The notes under the pieces were generated by a model. The model did no database searches. It saw nothing but the letters and a program-made list of their open reading frames with translations, and was not told the origin of the DNA. DNA of 63,447 nucleotides, filler included, from Octopus bimaculoides (Eukaryota), in the NCBI RefSeq assembly GCF_001194135.2. It is 4 parts of 3 records of this genome, joined end to end, with 100 filler letters (N's around TTAATTAATTAA, not from the genome) between each part and the next. Parts side by side here need not be neighbours in the genome. Positions count along the whole stretch, not along the records: positions 1 to 30,870 come from NC_068986.1; positions 30,971 to 45,758 come from NC_068981.1; 2 more parts are not named here. The stretch is one strand, 5' to 3'. Below are positions 26,935-39,892 of this stretch, piece after piece; position 1 is the stretch's first letter; each line of letters opens with the position of its first letter. Position numbers and translations under genes: made by a program.

Positions 26935-27330
26935 CGAAGACGTGGCTTTGTGGTAAAGAGTTTTCTTCCCAAACACATAGTTCTGTGTTCAATTTCACTG
27001 TATGGCACCTTGGGAAAATGTCTTCTGCAATAGCCTCGGGCCGAACATAGCCTTCTTAGTGGATTTGGTAGACGGAAACTGAATGAAGCTCGTCGAACAG
27101 GTGCATGTTTGTGCGTTTGCTTTGTGTCTGTATTTGCTGAGCTCCCTCAACACTTGGCCACCGGCATTGGTGTGTTTATATTCCCATCGGCAACTGATAT
27201 CGATACAATAAGTACTTGATTTAAAAAGAAAATAGTAAGAAGTATTGTTGTCGATTCATTCGACTAAGAATTTGTCAAGACAATGCTCCAGAATGGAAGC
27301 AGTCTAATGACAGAAGTTAGCAAACCATAA
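26935..27330 (+). mobile_element. SINE family 1, near full length, diverged
   Basis: Head GTGGCTTTGTGGTAAAG..GTTCAATTTCACTG..GGCACCTTGGGAAAATGTCTTCTG..GGATTTGGTAGACGGAAACTG, and 3' end TGCTCCAGAATGG..GCAGTCTAATGACAGAA. Confidence 0.8.
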
Positions 27331-27745
27331 AAGCTAAAGACAGCGAACGAATTTATGTTACACCTCAGTAATTTCAATGCATCGATGATATTCTGTTTCG
27401 GTCATTTATTCACAAAGTCTGTTATTATTGACAATATTGTTATTTTTGTTGTTGCTGTGTACATTTAACAGTTTAGAAGTTCCTATTTAAATGGGATACA
27501 AAATCAAAGTAAGGCATCTATGACTTCTATCGCTCTTCTTGTCACCAGCATTGATATAAAATTTCACCAACCCTAATCCTTTGGGTGCAGTTGTGACCAC
27601 TTTGAAAAACAGAATAAATGTTCTGTCGTTGGCTATTAGAGCGATTTCTAGCCACAGGCCATCAATCCAGTAATGACCAGTGTGCGAGGAACCTAGGCAA
27701 ACATGATCCAACATGTTCTATTTAAGACAATAATATTATATTAGT

Positions 27746-28131
27746 GTGGAGGCGCAATGGCCCAGTGGTTAGGGCAGCGGACTCGCGGTCATAGGATCGC
27801 GGTTTCGATTCCCAGACCGGGCGTTGTGAGTGTTTATTGAGCGAAAACACGTAAAGCTCCACGAGGCTCCGGCAGGGGTTGGTAGTGAACCTTGCTGTGC
27901 TCTTCCACCACAACTTTCTCTCACTCTTACTTCCTGCTTCTGTTGTGCCTGTAATTCAAAGGGTCAGCCTTGTCACACTGTGTCACGCTGAATCTCCCCG
28001 AGAACTACGTTAAAGGTACACGTGTCTGTGGAGTGCTCAGCCACTTGCACGTTAATTTCACGAGTAGGCTCTTCCGTTGATCAGATCAACTGGAACCCTC
28101 GACGTCGTAAGCGACGGAGTGCCAACAACAA
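27746..28131 (+). mobile_element. tRNA-derived SINE family 2, full length, with 11-bp TSD
   Basis: A box TGGCCCAGTGG (27758-27768), B box GGTTTCGATTCC (27801-27812), 3' end GACGGAGTGCCAACAACAA. TSD ATTATATTAGT at 27735-27745 and 28132-28142. Confidence 0.92.
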
Positions 28132-28448
28132 ATTATATTAGTGATATTTGGATGCTACATTTAGCATGTCGAGTATCAACTTAGAGGCTCGTCGATAGCT
28201 TGCAGTTTATTGGGTGTTATTTAGCCCAAGGTGAACACTCACCTAATGCTTCTTTTATGAAACGGATTCCAGTCGTGACAATCACGATTTTTTTCTACAT
28301 GTAGCGAACTCACCATTCTATTATCCAATCAGTTCTTCATTAAAAATAGCAAGTTTTGCAATGAAAGAGATTCTGCTGCTGGGTCATGTTTCAGTGGTTG
28401 TTAGGAGTCACGAATTGTTTCCGATTGGATGCAATCTTGGATATTGTG

Positions 28449-28482
<34 letters not shown>

Positions 28483-29459
28483 TATGTGTGTGTGTGAGTG
28501 TGTGCTTATGTGCATAAGTGTGTATGTATGTAAAGTAGTAACATCGTCCTAATTGGCACATCTTCTCCGGATATCGTATCCGAAACATCACCTGTAGGTC
28601 AGCCATGCTTAATACACAGACAAAAGGGGTGGGGCCTTGATATTGTTACTCAATCTGCTAGAAATAACACCCTGCATGCTTTAAAAAATGGAAGGACATA
28701 TTCGTTAACGTTGCCTTGGATACAACACTATGTAAAAACAAAAACCAAAATATTAGATAAAGGATGGTGAAGGGTGAAACACATTTGAACATAGTTCATC
28801 TTGGAAGCTGCTGATTGTGTCTTTACTACAATAATAACAGGTTATTTATCGCACATATCACCCTCACATCAAGATGTAATTCAAAATCAATAAAGTCCAC
28901 ACTGTTAGCGTATTTGTGCATGTTTGGTTTTAGCTGAGTTGTATTTCTTGGCAGTCTGTCCTCCATTTGCTGCCTCTGGAAACAAAATTATTTCCGGGTG
29001 CTGAGGCTTCTGTCGTCAGAGCCTTCTAAACTACTTCATATACTCCGGACGCTTTGGGGGACACACATACATACATCTTTACATCTTCGTGTATATCACC
29101 ACACATATACATAGAAACTTACACACAGCATATATGTGTGGGGTTGTATGAATTACGTGTATCTGTAAGTGTGTATACAAGCATATATTTGTGTGTATAT
29201 ATGTATATATATTCATATATATATATACATGTATATACCTGTATATATACATATATATGCATCTCTCTATCAATCTATCTAAATATATACATACACACAC
29301 ACACATGTATATATATACATACACATACACACATATATACATATGTATATATATATATATACATATACATATATACATTCACATACACGCATATATACAT
29401 GTGTAAATCTCTCTCTCTCTCTCTATGTATCTATATCTATCTATCTATCTATCTATCTA

Positions 29460-29504
<45 letters not shown>

Positions 29505-30514
29505 GTGTGCGTGGACATGGTGGAGGGGGTGTTCGTGTGCTGGTGCGTGTTGGAGAGTAATACCGTTTAAAATACAGGAACCGGCTGATCAATAAACCGG
29601 AACAATTTGCCATTGAGCCATCAGCAAATGTCTATAAATAAATACGTAAAAACACCAAGAATTTTGGGAGCATTTCACTTTACGCTTCGCTGAAGTCGAT
29701 TATTATTATCATTACTGTTCTTCTTTTTATTTTCTTACCCTCCTTCTCCTTCGTCTCCATCGTGCTGTTGTTGNNNNNNNNNNNNNNNNNNNNNNNNNNN
29801 NNNNNNNNNNNNNNNNNNNNNNNNNNNNNNNNNNNNNNNNNNNNNNNNNNNNNNNNNNNNNNNNNNNNNNNNNNNNNNNNNNNNNNNNNNNNNNNNNNNN
29901 NNNNNNNNNNNNNNNNNNNNNNNNNNNNNNNNNNNNNNNNNNNNNNNNNNNNNNNNNNNNNNNNNNNNNNNNNNNNNNNNNNNNNNNNNNNNNNNNNNNN
30001 NNNNNNNNNNNNNNNNNNNNNNNNNNNNNNNNNNNNNNNNNNNNNNNNNNNNNNNNNNNNNNNNNNNNNNNNNNNNNNNNNNNNNNNNNNNNNNNNNNNN
30101 NNNNNNNNNNNNNNNNNNNNNNNNNNNNNNNNNNNNNNNNNNNNNNNNNNNNNNNNNNNNNNNNNNNNNNNNNNNNNNNNNNNNNNNNNNNNNNNNNNNN
30201 NNNNNNNNNNNNNNNNNNNNNNNNNNNNNNNNNNNNNNNNNNNNNNNNNNNNNNNNNNNNNNNNNNNNNNNNNNNNNNNNNNNNNNNNNNCGCCCTTTTT
30301 TCTCTATCACACGCGCACACACACTTCTTCCAAAGCCACCCTCTCTCCTCTCACTACAACTACGGTAAGTAAAAATAATGAAGACTCAAGTCCTGCCTTT
30401 TTTTTTTTACTTGATCGATTTATCATATTTTGTTTCGTAAGTCAGAGAACGTGAAGAGAAAACTTAGAGTTACATTATGACGCACTCTCTCAGTCTTTCT
30501 ATCTGTCCCTCTAT

Positions 30515-30554
<40 letters not shown>

Positions 30555-30557
30555 GTA

Positions 30558-30608
<51 letters not shown>

Positions 30609-30761
30609 GCGTGTGATTGTATTCATTTAAGTTGCGCACTCCTTATTCATTCACCTCACACATGCAAACAAACGCATGCCTATATGTATGAATGTGTGTT
30701 GTGTGTGTGTGTGTGTGTGTGAGTAGACATATATACGTATTTCTCCCTAACGGTTTGTCTG

Positions 30762-30828
<67 letters not shown>

Positions 30829-30870
30829 GTGTGTCTGCGTGTGTGTATGCGCGCTTCTCAAACACATGTA

Positions 30871-30970
30871 NNNNNNNNNNNNNNNNNNNNNNNNNNNNNN
30901 NNNNNNNNNNNNNNTTAATTAATTAANNNNNNNNNNNNNNNNNNNNNNNNNNNNNNNNNNNNNNNNNNNN
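30871..30970. other. scaffold-join spacer N44-TTAATTAATTAA-N44
   Basis: The identical 100-bp structure occurs three times; TTAATTAATTAA has stops in all six frames. Confidence 0.95.
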
Positions 30971-31098
30971 TAGCTCTCCTGAAATAAGAATTTCTAACTT
31001 CCGGTCAGTCATTGTTATGATCGGCCATTATTATGATTGACCGTTGACTGAACACTATTCAATTTTTTTTCTCCGTGTTTTTCTCCTTGTCTCCGTAT

Positions 31099-31135
31099 TC
31101 TTTCTGTTGAAGAGGGCAGCTCGAAACGTCAAAGA
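31099..31135 (+). ncRNA. minimal hammerhead-like motif, family B (best preserved)
   Basis: UCUUU-CUGUUGA-A-GAG[GGCAG]CUC-GAAA-CG-U-C-AAAGA. Stem I is a perfect 5 bp, the triplet is GUC and stem III is palindromic ACGU. The host repeat (about 31065-31235) ends in (TA)n. Confidence 0.68.
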
Positions 31136-31260
31136 CTTTCCGTATTCCCGAGCGTCATACTAATATATACTTTTGTTATTTACACCACCTGTCCTCGTCT
31201 GTTGTTATTATTTGTATATTCTCCCATATATATATATATATACATATATATGTTTTCGTT

Positions 31261-31397
31261 AACAAATCCACTTAGAAGGTTTTGGTCGGCCAAAGGCTGT
31301 AGTAGAAGACACTTACCCAATGTGCCATGCAGTGATGAACCCGGAACCACGTGGTTGGGAAACAACCTTCTTACCACACAGCCACGCCTGCGCCTAT
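31261..31397 (-). mobile_element. SINE family 1, 5' head
   Basis: AAATCCACTTAGAAGGTTTTGGTCGGCC..GAAGACACTTACCCAA..GAACCCGGAACCACGTGGTTGG..TTACCACACAGCCACGCCTGCGCCT. Confidence 0.85.
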
Positions 31398-32793
31398 GTC
31401 AGATTGCTTGAATAGTTATGTTAGTGAGGCTACGGGTGTGTAGACGAGAAGTCTAATGAGTGCAGATTGTTGAAGTAAAAATAATTTACTTCTGATATTG
31501 TTGTTACAGTTTGAAGAAGAGAGAAAATTTAAACGCATCGAGATAGATGTCTCAGGTGCAAGATGGAAACTTGTCACGTAATGTTCTGGGCAGTTTGCAG
31601 AGCGGCATAAATGGCAGATAGGGGATGAACTATTTTTGTCTCTGAGAACAATCATGGTTTAATGATAATTACTTGTATCTTACAACAATAATAAAAACAG
31701 ATGTGGTTTATTGCATGTAATGTGTAGATTAAATAACAACTCTACGACAATGTAATTGCTTTACTTCTCAGATCAAATCACTTGCCACACAGGTACAAGT
31801 AAGGCTTTCACACACGCCTGCGCGTGCGCAGTTTGAATAGTTCCTGTGCACACATTATCTTGCTGCTGAACGTAATTCCGGATAATCTAAAAGCAACATC
31901 GACTTACATATCATGTATCATATTTATATCATGTATATCAAATTGGTAATATAGTGTAATATAGTGTACAATGCGGTATATTTACTCTGCAGAATACTTG
32001 ATCAATGTAGCTATATTTCTCGCTTTCCCAGTGTATTTATCTGCTTTTGCATTTATACATATTATAGAGCAGGTGCACCCGTTTGAGTTAAGTAGTGATT
32101 ATACAAATATTTCATTTTTCTTTTCATTCGCAGAATACAATAAATACTTTATTGCTATTCCAACTAATTCTTGTTTACAAAGATATGTCATGTAACAGAC
32201 GTTGAAAACAAACAACTGTGCGATGGAAATAATGGATCGATTGTATCAATAGATGATCGAATAAACTTGAACTTTAATTTTCTCCTTTGAACAACATATA
32301 ATGTTTATCTAAGATGCTAAATTTTATTCTGACATATGTACAATTCGTTATCCTTCGGAATAAAACAAAGGGTGACTGTCAGGATATTTCAAATTATTTC
32401 CCTGAGACATCATCTCACCAAGCTGTTCAAACCTATGAACATTTCTGATGACTATCGCTATTAAAACTTAAGACGTGACATTTAGAAAAGCAAATTAACC
32501 ATTCTCAGATGACATTTCTTTCATAATCGACATTTTAAACTGCGTAACATTATCTATTTGTAAGCAATTCAGACAGAGCCTATATTTCAATTATATTGCT
32601 TGCTATTCCTTCTGGCCAAATATAAGGCGTTTGATGAAATTTTATTAGAAAATAAATTCATATAAAATTTTCAGATGACAAAATTTGTAAATATGTCTAT
32701 TAGTGCGTGTCTGCATGCATATATGTACATGAACGTGTGTGTGTGTGTGTGGTTGTGTGCGTGCTTGTGTACATACATACATACATACATACA

Positions 32794-32825
<32 letters not shown>

Positions 32826-33172
32826 ATAAATACACACATACACACACACAAATGTTTACGATAATGTTTACAATACTAGGGCTGCTTTAATTCATAGTTT
32901 ATAATCTTATGTATACATCGTCATGCAACACCAGCAAATGGTTCTTACACTACTTGTATATGGTCATAGACCGGCGATTCCGTTCGTCCCCGGTTCGATT
33001 CAGGTGCGTGATGTTGATAAGCTACAAAAATGGCGAAATATCGGTATCCATTACTCCTGAATGGGATCGAAGGCGAGTTATTTCTCCTGCCTACGGCGTT
33101 CAGGTTTTAACACCCAGTGATATGATGGAGTCAACTCCAAGGCGCTGTACAGCAGTGAGCCGGCGTTATATG

Positions 33173-33212
<40 letters not shown>

Positions 33213-34989
33213 TGTGAGTGTATTTCGCTTTTGGATTTGGTTTGCAACATTCTTTATGTGCGTTCGTGTGTTGAAACATATACTGTTGTGTCTAGGGAGA
33301 GTCATTCTCTTTTAGTACCTTATAATTTGACACACTCACCGGNNNNNNNNNNNNNNNNNNNNNNNNNNNNNNNNNNNNNNNNNNNNNNNNNNNNNNNNNN
33401 NNNNNNNNNNNNNNNNNNNNNNNNNNNNNNNNNNNNNNNNNNNNNNNNNNNNNNNNNNNNNNNNNNNNNNNNNNNNNNNNNNNNNNNNNNATATATATAT
33501 ATATACATACATACACACACACAGGCAAAATAAGGATTTAGATAGAATCAAGTACTTGAAAAGATATACACCAGGTAGAGTAGAATAAACTTGTGATTCC
33601 GGGCTGTGGTTGGTAAGCATCAAATAGGATATTCCTGTTGTGTACTCAGAGAAAAACAACTCTATAAGTATTTAGCGCCTAGGGGCTTGTCCAAAGATAT
33701 TTGTTTGTTTGTAAGATTACGTTTCATCTGATGACCAAGTCTTTTTGTTTTGCAATGGAGTAATGTTCTCATTCTTTTAATAAAAATGCGTAAGAAACAG
33801 CTGTAATGAGCTGAAAATTATCTATCGTCTGTTATTATCCGTTTGATTGTATACTTAATGCTTTATACTTAAGCATGTAGAGCGTTGTAAATTTTTCAGA
33901 GTATTTCGTAACTTAGGATGGATGGAAACCCATTCATTGATACTTGCTTTATTGTCTCTGCAGTGATAAGAGTGAGAAACAATTACAGTGAGACATGATC
34001 TCAGAACGTAAGGGTTTATTCAGGCGCTTTTCAAACTTAAAATAATATGCAGCTGATCTCGAATTTTGTCTCTTTCGAGTTATATTTGATTTTATAGACC
34101 ATAATAAAGCATGAATATTGAAAATAATATGACAAGTTAAATTTTAGTATCATAGCACATACATAGCTTCATCTCTCGCCAGTGGAAATAAAGTTGAAGT
34201 TCAAAGACATCTTCATTTTTCCCCTTTATTTTTGCTTTACTGTCACTACAATAGAGTTATTATAAGACTTAACTTGCTAACATTTACTACAGTAAAAATT
34301 TCATCGTACATTATACACGCGTTTTATTGTCCACATCATTTGACTTTTCTAAAAATGTTTGATGTTTTCTATTGCTGTCTATTTAGTTACGTAATTACTT
34401 TCTTTTGTCATTTTCAGGTAAGCCTTACATTCAACTTTACTTGTCGAACATTATGCTGAAATGTATTGGTAAGTTTTTTTTCTAACAACGATATACTAGA
34501 AATTTTCGTTCCAATGATATAAAAAAATACGTACACACGCACAATTAAAAAGTTAAAAAAGCGTACTTATATATATATATATATATNNNNNNNNNNNNNN
34601 NNNNNNNNNNNNNNNNNNNNNNNNNNNNNNNNNNNNNNNNNNNNNNNNNNNNNNNNNNNNNNNNNNNNNNNNNNNNNNNNNNNNNNNNNNNNNNNNNNNN
34701 NNNNNNNNNNNNNNNNNNNNNNNNNNNNNNNNNNNNNNNNNNNNNNNNNNNNNNNNNNNNNNNNNNNNNNNNNNNNNNNNNNNNNNNNNNNNNNNNNNNN
34801 NNNNNNNNNNNNNNNNNNNNNNNNNNNNNNNNNNNNNNNNNNNNNNNNNNNNNNNNNNNNNNNNNNNNNNNNNNNNNNNNNNNNNNNNNNNNTATATATA
34901 TATATATATATATATATTGGTGTGCAGGCACACCGTACACGTAGAGTGCAGATAACAGCAAGATAAACAAGAGGTTATCAGGAACCAAA

Positions 34990-35391
34990 GCAAATAATTA
35001 GAAAATGGAGAAAACCATAGATTAACCAATACATCGATTGAACCACGTTTATAGCTTGTTTTTTTAATACAAAGCATGACATTACAAAAGAGGTGACGTA
35101 ACATATCTTGCGGCTGTTACTGATAAATGTGAGAATAAAATTCTTCATCTTCATAGGGCATTCGAAATAAGGCAACGCATCTTCTTCAGAGTGAAAAACA
35201 AGAGCATACAATATGAACAAAAGGAAGAAGGAAAATCAAAGACAACATGACTTAAACGAATAGTCTAGAAGCCCAATATGTTAAGAGCAAATAATTTACC
35301 ATTAGGGGCTACAGGGTCCGTAGGTAAAAAAAAAGAGGTCCAATCGATGTGTTTGTTAATCTGTGGTTTTCTCCATTTTGTAATTATTTGC
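34990..35391. mobile_element. ~400-bp unit bounded by 55-bp inverted repeats (MITE-like)
   Basis: 34990-35044 versus the reverse complement of 35337-35391 gives 5 mismatches in 55 bp. No TSD was recognised. Confidence 0.55.
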
Positions 35392-37161
35392 GTTACGTGT
35401 GTGTGTATGTGTGTGTGTATAGATGTGTATGTAGATGTGATTCTCGACGAACTTGTTGATTTTCAATGTTCACTGTCCTCTTTATAATCTGTCAATCACC
35501 CTCTTTCTTAGTTCCAGCTCTAAATCTCCCTCTTTCGCTGTCTATCCTACACCATCTTTTATATGGTCAAGGAACAAGCCATTCAGTGATGATCAGCGCT
35601 AAAATCGATTGGATATTTTTTTTCTTCCTTAATATACTTGATATCTCCTTGACTTTCTAAATGTCGTGTTTATAGATCCAGCAAATCAACCTTTCTCTTG
35701 CTGATGTCATGAGAAAACATCCTATGGCCTCAGGTCTTTACTGTTGCGGAAGTTTAACATCTGCACTCGTTTAGTGAACTTGACTCTGAAGATCCGAAAC
35801 CAAATACATAGTTTGGGGATAATGCAGTCTATTTATGGTTGCTTTCTGACTAACGTTCCCTCTTGTGTAATGTTCAGAATCGAAGGTATTTTGAAAAGTA
35901 TTATAAGTAGTAAAGATTGTAAGGGTAACCAGCTCATTATTATACAACTAAATCCAATGGTACCTTTATCTTATTTTGTTTATTTTGTATTAGCATTTAT
36001 TGTGCATACCTTGATTTATCTTTATTTTTATTTTCTATCTCTTTTTATCTCCGTTATATACTTTATGTCATTCGCAATGAAATATCTTATTTTTTTGCGT
36101 TTTATAGTTTCTTCATAAGGGGATTTGATAACTATTTCATTAGGTCATCATCCCTATAAACACCGTACAACAAAACTACACCCAGAAACATCATCTAAAG
36201 CTTCTGTTATTCTCTTTTGCTGTCCACATAGTAATACATAACCCATAACACAGGAAGACTAGATGTCTTTCACTCGGGCCCACATTCGTGACATTCTAAA
36301 TGACAAACGTGAAGAATAAAGTATAATAATAAGACTGATAGATTTAAAGTAGATGTTGAAAAGAACTCTATTCTTACATTTATAAATTGTAGCATAAATT
36401 CAGGCCTGAACGCAACCTAATTCTTGTAAACAAATGCAGCCGTTAGAAGTAACTCTTGTATCGTCTCAGTTTACATTAAAAACAAAAAATACACACACAA
36501 ACGAATTGTTATATATGTACAATGATAATGAGTGTCTCTATAGATACAAAATATCTGTTGTCAAATAACCATACGTATCGTACACTACAATAACTAAATG
36601 TTCTGGTTATACAATGGATGAATATATCATTAAAAATTCATTAAAAGAAGACTCACGTACGAGTTAGACTATATTACAATAACAACAGAATGTAAAACAC
36701 TTATTAACATGAAACCACAGATTTGCAAACTTTTCAACGTACTTCAGGCAAGTAATGTTAAATTTCAGTGTAAACACAGAAGTTATTAACCTCTTCACTG
36801 AAACTTTTAAATCGAACATCCAATTATGACTGTCCCTGTACACTTCAGATTTATCGATTCTACCCCGTTTCGAACGTGACACTTGTATGTAGCAATGACA
36901 AGCCGTAATATAACGGCGAAATGCGTATCTGTCCTTCTCGCGACTGCTTCCGTGACGATATATATATACTCTGAAGTATATAAAAGATGCGGTATGCGTC
37001 AATCGGAGGTGTGTGTGTGTGTGTGTGTGTGTGATTTTTTTCGTCTTTTTTCTCTTTTCCGTAAATTCTTTTATCAACCGTACTGCATCTCATTTCATGA
37101 TATGTGTGTGTGTGCGCCCGCGGGCGAGTGTATATGTATGTGTGTGCGTATGCTTAATCTA

Positions 37162-37370
37162 CAGGGTGTCCACAAAGTCTGGGTACATGAGGATTGACAC
37201 ATACTTTAAGAACTTATTATTTTTTATATTTAATTGTTTATGTTATGATTTTATTTACTCCATGTACCCACATGAAGATTAACACACACTTTAAGAAATT
37301 ATTTTTTATATTTAATTGTTTATGTTATGATTTTATTTACTCCATATACCCAGACTTTGTGGACACCCTG
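37162..37370. mobile_element. Tc1/mariner-type MITE with 28-bp TIRs, TA TSD and an internal 85-bp duplication
   Basis: TA|CAGGGTGTCCACAAAGTCTGGGTACATG ... CATATACCCAGACTTTGTGGACACCCTG|TA, with 1 mismatch. Confidence 0.92.
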
Positions 37371-37387
37371 TATATTGCAATGTATAC

Positions 37388-37574
37388 CAGTGCTTCGCAA
37401 CCATTTTAAACTTGTGGTACACCTATATTGTTTTCCAAAATACGGCGGCACACCTGTGCTAAAAATATAACTGACAGTATAGGGGGAAAAATTATTTTCA
37501 GATTACACTGCGGCACACCTTGCATCGCCTCGTGGTACACCAGTGTGCCACGACATACTGGTTGCGGAGCACTG
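37388..37574. mobile_element. hAT (Charlie-like) MITE
   Basis: TIRs CAGTGCTTCGCAACC / GGTTGCGGAGCACTG (15 bp, 1 mismatch). The flanks ATGTATAC and CTCTACAA share the nTnTAnAn pattern but are not an exact TSD. Confidence 0.75.
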
Positions 37575-37688
37575 CTCTACAATATTACCACCCGTTTTAC
37601 TTAATTCTCTAAACTCAACACCATTATCTCACATAATTTAGTTTTCTTTATTCTTTTTAGATTTATAGCGAATGTATGTATGTGTGTA

Positions 37689-38066
37689 TCTTTTACTTGT
37701 TTCAGTCATTTGACTGTGGCCATGCTGGGACACCACCTTTCTAGTCGAGCAAATCGACCCCAGGGCTTAGTTTGTTAAAGCTCGGTACTTATTCTCTTGG
37801 TCTCTTTGGACCAACCACTAAGTTACGGGGACATAAACACACCAACACCGGTTTTCAAGCCGTGGTGGTAACTGACACAGACACAGACACACACACACAC
37901 ACACACACACATACACAGATAAGACAGGCTTCTTTCGGTTTCCAATTGCTTTGGTCGGCCTGAGGCTATATTAGAAGGCACTTACCCAAAGTTCCACGCA
38001 GTGGGACTGAACCCGGAGCCATGTGGTTGGGAATCAAGCTTCTTACCACACAGCTCCACCTGTGTC
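37689..38066 (-). mobile_element. SINE family 1, full length, with internal (CA)n
   Basis: Runs from TTTTACTTGTTTCAGTCATTTGACTGTGGCCATGCTGG to GGGACTGAACCCGGAGCCATGTGGTTGG..TTACCACACAGC. Confidence 0.88.
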
Positions 38067-38309
38067 TATATGTATATATGAATAAATTTTGTAAAAGTGC
38101 CGAGAGACATCTTTTGAACAGAGGAAAACTTAAAGCAGAAGCCTTCAGAACATCGCTGTCCCAGATACATTTTATTTACAAAGTGTTTAAATATTTTCAC
38201 TGCATCCCTTAATACAATAGATTGACATTTAAGCAATATTGAAGAGATTTCAGCTTATCAGCTCCATTTCCTGACTTTTCGCATTCTTTCTCATATCTCT
38301 TAAATCTTT

Positions 38310-38314
<5 letters not shown>

Positions 38315-38399
<85 letters not shown>

Positions 38400-38410
38400 T
38401 CTCTCTCTCT
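38315..38410 (+). repeat. (CT)n microsatellite
   Basis: Direct reading. Confidence 0.95.
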
Positions 38411-38798
38411 TCAACAGAGAAATATTCTGCTGTACACTGTACACAAAATGTAAATAGTCATCAGAACTGCTGCTGGTTTCTGTCTGAATCACAAATTTTA
38501 GTGGGAGGAGTGTAATCATTTAATTTGAAATAAAACCAGAAACTGCTGTCCTACAATATGATGATGTTATACGTTAACGCATTATAAAGGTTAAGCGTTT
38601 GTGAACGCTAAGTGGTGCTCTGAAAAGAGTCGCGTGTAGGAGGGATAACACTTATTTGGGTACCATATTCTCTATACATCAATTGGATTCTAGCAATAGA
38701 TCCTTAAAGACATCTCAAGACCTCCAACGTGGAGTAAAAAACACGCAACTGATATTGATGTTATTTCGGTATACTAATCCCGTTGAAAAGGGTACAAT

Positions 38799-39021
38799 TT
38801 GTACTTGTTTTAGTTTTTAGACTGCGGCCATTCTGGGGCACCGCTTTGAAGAACTTTTAATCTAATAGATTAATCCCAGTGCTTACTTTTTTTTAAAGCC
38901 TGGCACTTATTCTATCGGTCTTTTGCCGAACCGCTAAGATGTGGGGGACGTAAACACACTAACACCCATTATCAAGCTGTGGGTGACAAACACAGACACA
39001 AATACTCACATACAAATACAT

Positions 39022-39084
<63 letters not shown>

Positions 39085-39212
39085 TACAATGAGATTTTTT
39101 CAGTTTCCGTTCACGAGGTTTTGGTCGGTCCAAGAATATAGTAAAAGACACTAGTCCAAGGTGTCACACAGTGGGACTGAACCCACAACCACGAGGTTGG
39201 GAAGCGTACTGC
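38799..39212 (-). mobile_element. SINE family 1, near full length
   Basis: GACTGCGGCCATTCTGGGGCACCGC..GCACTTATTCTATCGGTCTTTTGCCGAACCGCTAAG..(CA)n..CAGTTTCCG..CAGTGGGACTGAACCC. Confidence 0.85.
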
Positions 39213-39854
39213 TACAGAGAATCGAACCATGTACCTTTCAAATTCCGGCTGAGCGCTCTGAACCATCAAGTTAAGCTCAGCGATCCCTGACATAAACTGT
39301 GATTCTTCATACAGACTCACCAGGATAATCTTTGCGTCATATACCCATTTTCCAGACAACACGTGGAAAATAATTCTTTGCACAGACATTGACATTGCTA
39401 CACAGAGCTGATTACTCCAGCATATTTTAGAAATGCACCCATTGTCCAGTCACTGATGACCGTCTTATAAAGCAGGCTTTGATCACTGTAATTATTGAGA
39501 TAAATTATTTCCCAATACCCTTACATCCTTATATCGTTGCTATTATGTCATACTGTCGTGTGCGTTTTTTTTTTTTATATGTTTAATTTTGCTTGCAATA
39601 GCCGTTTCTTTTGCTCAAACCGCCGCTTCAGATGCCAAGATATGAAAATTGTCAAAGTGTAATACAACGGTTAAGTAATTTTCAAAAGTGTAGTAAATCC
39701 CACATACGACGATTTTATGCACCCAACAAAGTATTATTGTTAAGCTGGAACTATTGCTAATGTAAAAAAGAAATGGAATGGTGAAACTATTTTAACGTTT
39801 TATGTAGAAGCAACGTTTTAGACCTACGACACTTTTGCATAATAGAAACGATAT

Positions 39855-39892
<38 letters not shown>

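Noticed and set aside
39790-39850. Minus-strand CGTAGGTCTAAAACGTT resembling family B stem II/III
   Set aside because: The core and stems are too degraded to support a call.
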